Shown here one piece after another: positions 58,448 to 64,000 of a stretch of 64,000 nt of DNA. The position numbers and the translations under genes were made by a program. Position 1 is the first letter of the stretch. Each line of letters begins with the position of its first letter. A model generated the notes under the pieces. It had not been told where the DNA came from, did not search any database, and worked only from the letters and a program-made list of their open reading frames with translations. The stretch is from an uncultured Magnetospirillum sp. (GTDB lineage: Bacteria; Pseudomonadota; Alphaproteobacteria; Rhodospirillales; Magnetospirillaceae): NCBI GenBank assembly GCA_903853455.1, contig CAINTR010000204.1:2339-66338 (forward strand), read 5' to 3'.

Positions 58448-60715
58448 ATGCGCGCGGTCTGGTCGATTGGACTGGCCGTCATCGCTCTTACGGCGATCCT
58501 GCTGGGGATCGACGTCTTCGCCCTTCGGCATGTGGCGGTCGAACCGGACGAGCGGCCCGGCGCCTTCCTGGCGCCGCAGCGGGTGCTGACGCGTATTCAA
58601 GCCGATCTGGAGCGGGTGGCGGTGGGGCGCTCGCCCCTGCGGCTGCCCGAGGGCGTGGTTCGCGACCCGCTGGAGCATCTGGTGGATGCGGTCGATGCCT
58701 TGCTGCGGGGGCGCGACAACCTGTTCCACGATCATCTGGCGCTGGTGCGGGCCGAGGCGTTGCGGCGGTTGGCCCATCAGGACGAGGTGATCCGGGGGCA
58801 GCGTTATCAGACCGACCTGGACAAGGTGGTGCTGCCGACCGCCTATGGCCAAAGCCTCGCCCTGCTGCGCAACCTGTCGCCGCTGCTGGCCCTGGTCCAG
58901 ACCATGCGGCTGGTGGACGCGGTGCTGGTGCTGGAAACCGCCGAGACCGCCGCGCACCAGATGCGCTACGACCTGTCGGCCCGGCGCAATCTTTGGATCT
59001 ATACCGCCGGCGACGCCGTTCTCGACGAAATCTGGCTGCGGCTGCCTTGTCCGGTGGTGGTGGGCCGCCGCGACGCTTTCGAGGATGTGGCCAAGCGGCT
59101 CGGTCCTTTGGGCGGGCCGTTGCTGTCCTGTCCGGTATTCGACGACCAGCGGCAGGATTTCGCCTTGATGGAGCGTCTGGCCCAGGATCCCAAGGGGTTC
59201 GGCGGGTTGGCCGTTCCGCCGCCGCCGCCTGTGCCCCGCTATGACGGGACCCAGCCGGCGCCGCCATGGAACCGGGATGCCGCCATCCGCTTCATGGCCG
59301 ACAATCCCGACGCCGCCGAGGCGCCGCTGCGGCTGGCGACCCTCGAAGATCCGCTGGCCCGGCTGGACCTCGCCCTGTTCCTGCATGCCTTCCGCGAGCC
59401 CTCGGCGGCGCGGGACGACGAGATCCGCTCGCTGATGGCCGGCATCGACCGCTCGGCCCTGCCCAGGGCCACGCCTTCATCGCTCCGCTTCGCCGGCCAG
59501 CCGCGCCCTTATGACGGCACCGACGCCTCGCTGTTGCCCAGTCTGCGGCTGGCGGCGTTCACCGGGATCGTCGAGGTGGCGTCGGGGAGCTACCGCTATC
59601 CCTATGTGGTTCCCTGCGCCGTGATGCAGCGCCGCCCGGCCCTGGCGGCGGCCGTGACCCCCGAGACGCTTCCCGTCGAGGGCGACGGCAAGGTCGATCT
59701 GCGCTTGCCGGTCTCGGGTTGCCTGGCCGGGTGCGGCAAGGTGGAGGGCTTCCCCGAGGCCGACTTCGCCGCCTTCCTGATCGCCACCGCCGCCGCCGAT
59801 GGGGGCGGCAATGTCAGCCGGGGCAAGATGCCGCGCTATCCCCTGCCGGTGGCGGATCTGGGGCGCATGGAGCGGATTTTGTCGGACCCGCGCGCCCTGC
59901 TGGCCGAGCCGGCGCCGGTGTTGGATTATCCGTATCAGACCTGGGGCTATGCCTCGCTGACCAACCACGCCACCGCGTTGGAACTGCGCCGTCTGTTCGA
60001 GGCGGCCAAGGCCAGCCTCGGCCAGTGGTTTCGCGGCAAGGGCCTGGACGAGACCGAAGCGGCCGCCGCCGCCGAGCGGGCGTTGTTCGCCTCGGCCACC
60101 GGTTCCGGCTGCGGCGACGGGCGGCCGCCGCGGTCGCTGCGCCGGCTGCTGGTGGACGTGGCGCCGGTGGAGGAGATCGCCGCCTTCCTCAAGGAGCCGG
60201 CGACCGAGGACCTGAAGCCGTTCGGCACCTGCGCCGTCTTCGCGCCGTCTGATCCGATCCTGCATGTGGCGGTCGGCCATCCGGCGGCGCTGCCCCCGCT
60301 TTGGGAGGCGGCGGCATCCATTTCGGGCGAGATGGATCAGGAAGGGCTGCGGGCGGTGCGCCAGGTCAACGCCCGCAACCATTTCGGCAAGACCGCCCTG
60401 ATGGCGGCGGCCCAGGCCAATCGGCTCGACGCGGTTCGCTTCCTGCTCGACCATGGCGCGCGGGTCAACGCCGACACCTGGCAGACCGCCAAGCAGCGGA
60501 GCCTGGCCCACGATTCCCGCACCGCCTTGATGTATGCCGCCGGCAACGGCTCGTTGCCGCTGATCACCTTGCTGCTGGATGCCGGCGCCGACCGCTTCCA
60601 TACCGACAGCAAGGGGCGCCGCGCCATCGACTACCTGCTGGGCACAGGCCCCGGCCCGGCCAACCCGCTTCTGACCCCGGCCGAACGGCTGCGGGCGGCG
60701 CGGCTTTTGTACTGA
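58448..60715 (+). CDS. Large exported/membrane-anchored protein with C-terminal ankyrin repeats
   Basis: N-terminal hydrophobic segment; NHFGKTALMAAA...LLDHGARVN and SRTALMYAAGNG...LLDAGAD. Confidence 0.8.
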   Translation: MRAVWSIGLAVIALTAILLGIDVFALRHVAVEPDERPGAFLAPQRVLTRIQADLERVAVGRSPLRLPEGVVRDPLEHLVDAVDALLRGRDNLFHDHLALVRAEALRRLAHQDEVIRGQRYQTDLDKVVLPTAYGQSLALLRNLSPLLALVQTMRLVDAVLVLETAETAAHQMRYDLSARRNLWIYTAGDAVLDEIWLRLPCPVVVGRRDAFEDVAKRLGPLGGPLLSCPVFDDQRQDFALMERLAQDPKGFGGLAVPPPPPVPRYDGTQPAPPWNRDAAIRFMADNPDAAEAPLRLATLEDPLARLDLALFLHAFREPSAARDDEIRSLMAGIDRSALPRATPSSLRFAGQPRPYDGTDASLLPSLRLAAFTGIVEVASGSYRYPYVVPCAVMQRRPALAAAVTPETLPVEGDGKVDLRLPVSGCLAGCGKVEGFPEADFAAFLIATAAADGGGNVSRGKMPRYPLPVADLGRMERILSDPRALLAEPAPVLDYPYQTWGYASLTNHATALELRRLFEAAKASLGQWFRGKGLDETEAAAAAERALFASATGSGCGDGRPPRSLRRLLVDVAPVEEIAAFLKEPATEDLKPFGTCAVFAPSDPILHVAVGHPAALPPLWEAAASISGEMDQEGLRAVRQVNARNHFGKTALMAAAQANRLDAVRFLLDHGARVNADTWQTAKQRSLAHDSRTALMYAAGNGSLPLITLLLDAGADRFHTDSKGRRAIDYLLGTGPGPANPLLTPAERLRAARLLY

Positions 60716-60737
60716 CCGAAGCCGGTCATCAAAGGCC

Positions 60738-60756
60738 TATGTTGCGATGCAGCATA
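60738..60756. promoter_or_regulatory. PhaR-like palindrome upstream of the GNAT gene
   Basis: TATGTTGC-GAT-GCAGCATA (TGC-N3-GCA core). Confidence 0.45.
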
Positions 60757-60795
60757 AACACCCCATCTCATGAGGAGCACACCAGGAGGCTCGCC

Positions 60796-61410
60796 ATGCA
60801 GATCCGCCGGCTCTACGCCCACGAACGCCCGCTTTACGCCGAACATCTCAAGCGGCTGGCGGAGAACGACCGTCGGCTGCGCTTCGCTCGCGGCGGCGTC
60901 ACCGACGGCTGGATCGACACCCATGTGGCCGGCATCGCCGAGGACGACCTGGTTCTGGGGGCCGTGGAGCGGGACCGGGTGATCGGCGCCGCCCATGTCG
61001 CCCTCAGCGGCGAGTTGGCGGAGGTGGGAGTCAGCGTCGACAGCGACAACCGCACCGGCGGCATCGGCTCCGACCTGCTGCGTCAGGCGGTGACCTTCGC
61101 CCGCAACCGCCGTGCCGAGAAGCTGTACACCCTCTGTCTGTCGGACAATCGCTCCATGGTGGCGCTGGCCCGGCGCAGCGGCATGGTGGTGCATTATCAG
61201 GGCAGCGAGGCCGAAGCCTATCTCGACCTGCCGCCCCCCGATTCGGTGACGGTCGGCCAGGAAGTATCCATCGGACTGTTCGCGGTGTTCCACGACTGGG
61301 CCGAAGTGATGGATTCCTACAGCGAGGTTCTGGTCAACGCCATGCCGCCCATATCGCTGGACGGGCTGCCCTTGCCGCTGCCCGAGTGGCTGGGCGGCGC
61401 CAAGAGGTAG
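60796..61410 (+). CDS. GNAT-family acetyltransferase
   Basis: IRRL...HLKRL..DRRLRF, IGAAH, AEVGVSV....RTGGIGSDL, CLSDNRSM.ALAR. Confidence 0.85.
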   Translation: MQIRRLYAHERPLYAEHLKRLAENDRRLRFARGGVTDGWIDTHVAGIAEDDLVLGAVERDRVIGAAHVALSGELAEVGVSVDSDNRTGGIGSDLLRQAVTFARNRRAEKLYTLCLSDNRSMVALARRSGMVVHYQGSEAEAYLDLPPPDSVTVGQEVSIGLFAVFHDWAEVMDSYSEVLVNAMPPISLDGLPLPLPEWLGGAKR

Positions 61411-61427
61411 GGACTCGTACCAAAATG

Positions 61428-61502
61428 CGTTGATCGAAACCGATCAACGCCGCCCTCAGCGGCGGGCGGGCGCGAGCGCCCTTGCCTCCCGCGCCATGAG
61501 GC
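61428..61502 (+). repeat. CCCTCA-CG(C/G)CGGG structured repeat, divergent copy
   Basis: CGTTGATCGAAACCGATCAACG..CCCTCAGCGGCGGGC-GGGCGCgaGCGCCC-TTGCCTCCC-GCGCCatgaGGC. Confidence 0.75.
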
Positions 61503-61503
61503 T

Positions 61504-62163
61504 TCACGACTCCAGCCCGGCGATCAGGTTGATGGTCATGGCCAGGATGACCGCGTTGAAGAAGAACGACAGCACGCTGTGCGCCAGGGCCAGCCGCCGT
61601 AGCGACCTGCGCGAGATGGTGACGTCCGAGACCTGGCTGGTCATGCCCAGGACGAGGGAGAAATAGAGAAAGTCCCAGTAATCGGGCGGCTCGTCGCCCA
61701 GGAAATCCAGGCCGCCCTTGTCGTTGCCGCCCTTCGCCGCGCCGTAATAGGCATGGGCGTAGTGGATGGCGAAGGTGGTGTGCATGACCAGCCAGCCGCT
61801 GAGGATGGCGCCGATGGCCAGCGTCAGGTGGGCGGCCAGGCCGAGGTGGCTGAGGCTTTTGGCGTCGTTCATCTCGATGACGGTGGCGATCAGCGCGAAG
61901 AACGCCACCCCGACGGTCAGCACCAGGAAGGCCCATTTGCCATGGTCCATCTGCCGCGAGCGCAGCCGCATCTGGCTGGGGGTCGAGCGCACCATCATCG
62001 ACCAGGTCAGGACCAGGAACACGACGCAGCCCATGTCGCACGACGCGACGACGCGGCTGGGCAGGGGCAATTCGGTCAGCAGGGCATAACCGAGGATGAT
62101 GGTCGTGAAGGCCAGCAAGGATCGTGGCCGCGAGTTCAGGCTTCTGAAGGCTCTGGTCACCAT
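61504..62163 (-). CDS. DUF1345 membrane protein
   Basis: HTTFAIHYAHAYY, GLDFLGDEPPDYWDFLYFS..LGMTSQVSDV, LAHSVLSFFFN. Confidence 0.9.
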   Translation of the reverse strand: MVTRAFRSLNSRPRSLLAFTTIILGYALLTELPLPSRVVASCDMGCVVFLVLTWSMMVRSTPSQMRLRSRQMDHGKWAFLVLTVGVAFFALIATVIEMNDAKSLSHLGLAAHLTLAIGAILSGWLVMHTTFAIHYAHAYYGAAKGGNDKGGLDFLGDEPPDYWDFLYFSLVLGMTSQVSDVTISRRSLRRLALAHSVLSFFFNAVILAMTINLIAGLES

Positions 62164-62249
62164 CGTCCCCTCTCCGACATGTTCCCGCCGACGCGTCGGA
62201 TCTCAGTGTAGCTCAAAGCATTGCGCCGGTGAATGCCGGGAAAGCCTCC

Positions 62250-63641
62250 CTATCGCCGCCCTTTCTCCCGCACGAAGGCGACGAAGCGGGGCGCCCAGGG
62301 ATTGGCGCCGACGCTGCGCAGATGGGCGTAGCAGGCCAGGGTGTTGTGGACCATCAGCCCGTCCTGCTTTTCGGCGATGCCGGCGCCGCGCACCACCTGA
62401 TAGGCGAAGCGGGGGCTGCCCTCGATGTTCTCCAGGCGGGAATGGTGGAATTCGTGGGCCGGCACGATGCCGGGGCCGTCTTCCAGCCGGGGCCAGGGAA
62501 AGTCGGCGGTCTCGCGCAGCCGCACATAGCCGCGCCCCTGCGGCGCCTTGTGCATGACTGCGTCGCCGGGAACCAGCCCCACCATGGCGCGCCGTTCGCC
62601 CCCCCAGACGATGGCGCGCGACAGATACATCAGCCCGCCGCATTCGGCGTAGATGGGCATTCCGGCCTCGCCCCTGGCCTTGATCTCGGCCCGTAGCGAG
62701 GCATTGGCCTCCAGTGCCGCCATATGGGCCTCGGGGAAGCCGCCGCCGATGAATAGCCCGTCGAGATCGGGCGGCAGATGCGGATCGGCCAGGGGGTCGA
62801 ACGGCACCGGCTCGGCTCCGGCTTGGCGCAGGGCGTCGAGATCGTCGGGATAATAGAAGCCGAAGGCGGCGTCGCGGGCGATGCCGATGCGCAAGCTGGG
62901 GGCGGGGACGGCCGGAAGCGGGGCGTCGAACACCTCCGTTTCCGGCGCCCGATTCGCCAGGGCCAGCAGGGCGTCGAGATCCACCTGGGCCGCCACCGCT
63001 CCGGCGAGGCGGGCGATGGCCTCGCTGGCGGCTTCGGCTTCGTTGGCTGGGACCAACCCCAGATGCCGCTCCAGGATCTCCATGGCGGGGCCGCGATGGA
63101 CGGCGCCCAGCACCGGGATGCGGGTGTAATGGGCCACCACGTCGCGCAGCTTCTTCTCGTGGCGGGGGCCGCTGACCTTGTTGAGGATGACCCCGGCGAT
63201 GTGCAAGGTGGGGTCGAAGGCCTGATAGCCGATCAGCAGCGGCGCGACGCCCCTTGTCATGCCGGCGCAATCGACCACCAGCACCACCGGCGCGTCCAGC
63301 CAGTTGGCCAGCATGGCCGACGAATTGGCGCCTTCCAGGTCGACGCCGTCATAGAGGCCCTTGTTGCCCTCGATCAGGCTGAGATCGGCGCCGCGCGACT
63401 GCCGCTCGAAGGTCTCGCGGATCAGCAGCGGCGGCTGGGTGTGGAAGTCGAGGTTGCGGCAGGCCCGCCCGGTGGCGGCGGACAGCCACAGCGGGTCGAT
63501 GTAGTCCGGCCCCTTCTTGAACGGCTGCACCACCAGCCCGCGCGCCGAAAGCGCGGCGGCGAGGCCCACCGTTACCGTGGTCTTGCCGGAGGATTTGTGG
63601 GCCGCCGAGATCAGCAGGCGCGGGGCCGGACGCGTGCTCAC
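62250..63641 (-). CDS. Cobyrinate a,c-diamide synthase family amidase, DsrN (siroamide synthase)-like
   Basis: ISAAHKSSGKTT, FKKGPDYIDP, IEGNKGLYDG, ERHLGL, AFGFYY, AECGGLMYL, HEFH. Confidence 0.8.
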   Translation of the reverse strand: MSTRPAPRLLISAAHKSSGKTTVTVGLAAALSARGLVVQPFKKGPDYIDPLWLSAATGRACRNLDFHTQPPLLIRETFERQSRGADLSLIEGNKGLYDGVDLEGANSSAMLANWLDAPVVLVVDCAGMTRGVAPLLIGYQAFDPTLHIAGVILNKVSGPRHEKKLRDVVAHYTRIPVLGAVHRGPAMEILERHLGLVPANEAEAASEAIARLAGAVAAQVDLDALLALANRAPETEVFDAPLPAVPAPSLRIGIARDAAFGFYYPDDLDALRQAGAEPVPFDPLADPHLPPDLDGLFIGGGFPEAHMAALEANASLRAEIKARGEAGMPIYAECGGLMYLSRAIVWGGERRAMVGLVPGDAVMHKAPQGRGYVRLRETADFPWPRLEDGPGIVPAHEFHHSRLENIEGSPRFAYQVVRGAGIAEKQDGLMVHNTLACYAHLRSVGANPWAPRFVAFVREKGRR

Positions 63642-64000
63642 GCCCCCGGAACCTTGGTCCGCACCCGGTCGCGCCACATGGCGAGCGCCATGCCCTCGGC
63701 CTCGTCGATGCTGGCGGCGCGGCCCATGGCCTTCAGCGCGATGGCGGCGGTGCCGCTGATGACGGCGGCGGCGGTCTCGTCGGACTCCGCGCCGCTCCAC
63801 AGCGCCTGGAGGCGGCCGAGGTCGAGGCTGTCCTCATGGGGGCGGGTGCCGGTGATCAGTGCCGGCCAGTCCTCGGCCAGCGGTTGGCCATCCACCAGCG
63901 ACAGCACCTCGCAGGCCTTTTCCGGCCGGCGCTCCACCTCGCCGCCCTCGCCCTTGAACACCGCCATGCGGCTCTCGCCCAGCAGGCGCGCCGCCTCCTG
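63638..64000 (-). CDS. YbiB-like glycosyltransferase family 3 / anthranilate PRTase-like protein, C-terminal part
   Basis: MAVFKGEGGEVERRP and LWSG....TAAAVISGTAAIAL; open to the window end; GTGA overlap with the next gene. Confidence 0.65.
   Translation of the reverse strand, partial: QEAARLLGESRMAVFKGEGGEVERRPEKACEVLSLVDGQPLAEDWPALITGTRPHEDSLDLGRLQALWSGAESDETAAAVISGTAAIALKAMGRAASIDEAEGMALAMWRDRVRTKVPGA

Overview
High-GC alphaproteobacterial chromosomal segment. Gene content and order suggest Rhodospirillaceae, possibly Magnetospirillum-like (inference, not a database result). It is mostly housekeeping and metabolic genes: cbpA, pdxH, fieF, ndk, holC, pepA, cysQ, coaBC-dut, Rrf2-cysK-moeB-DsrE, an ABC transporter/acyl-CoA ligase operon, valine/malonate catabolism, murI, purU, divK and a DsrN/CbiA-like amidase. 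Four type II toxin-antitoxin cassettes are interspersed: MazEF (toxin interrupted by an in-frame stop), two VapBC and one MNT-HEPN. I found no rRNA, tRNA, CRISPR array or intact transposase. The most interesting items are: (1) a tandem Crp/Fnr pair with an NNR/DNR-type box driving a DUF2249-membrane protein-hemerythrin operon; (2) a seven-copy intergenic repeat with covarying hairpins, always in the same orientation just after a stop codon; (3) a standalone ~165-nt structured RNA with its own promoter and terminator; (4) a glutamate racemase whose first catalytic Cys is Asp; (5) an AmmeMemoRadiSam locus with fused AmrB-AmrA bracketed by two VapBC modules; (6) a chromosomal TraR-like DxxDxA/C4 zinc-finger protein; (7) a divergent tandem PepA paralog with acidic pocket segments; (8) two gene remnants absent from the ORF track (acyl-CoA dehydrogenase 3' end, internally deleted PaaI thioesterase). 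All family calls come from motif recognition by eye.
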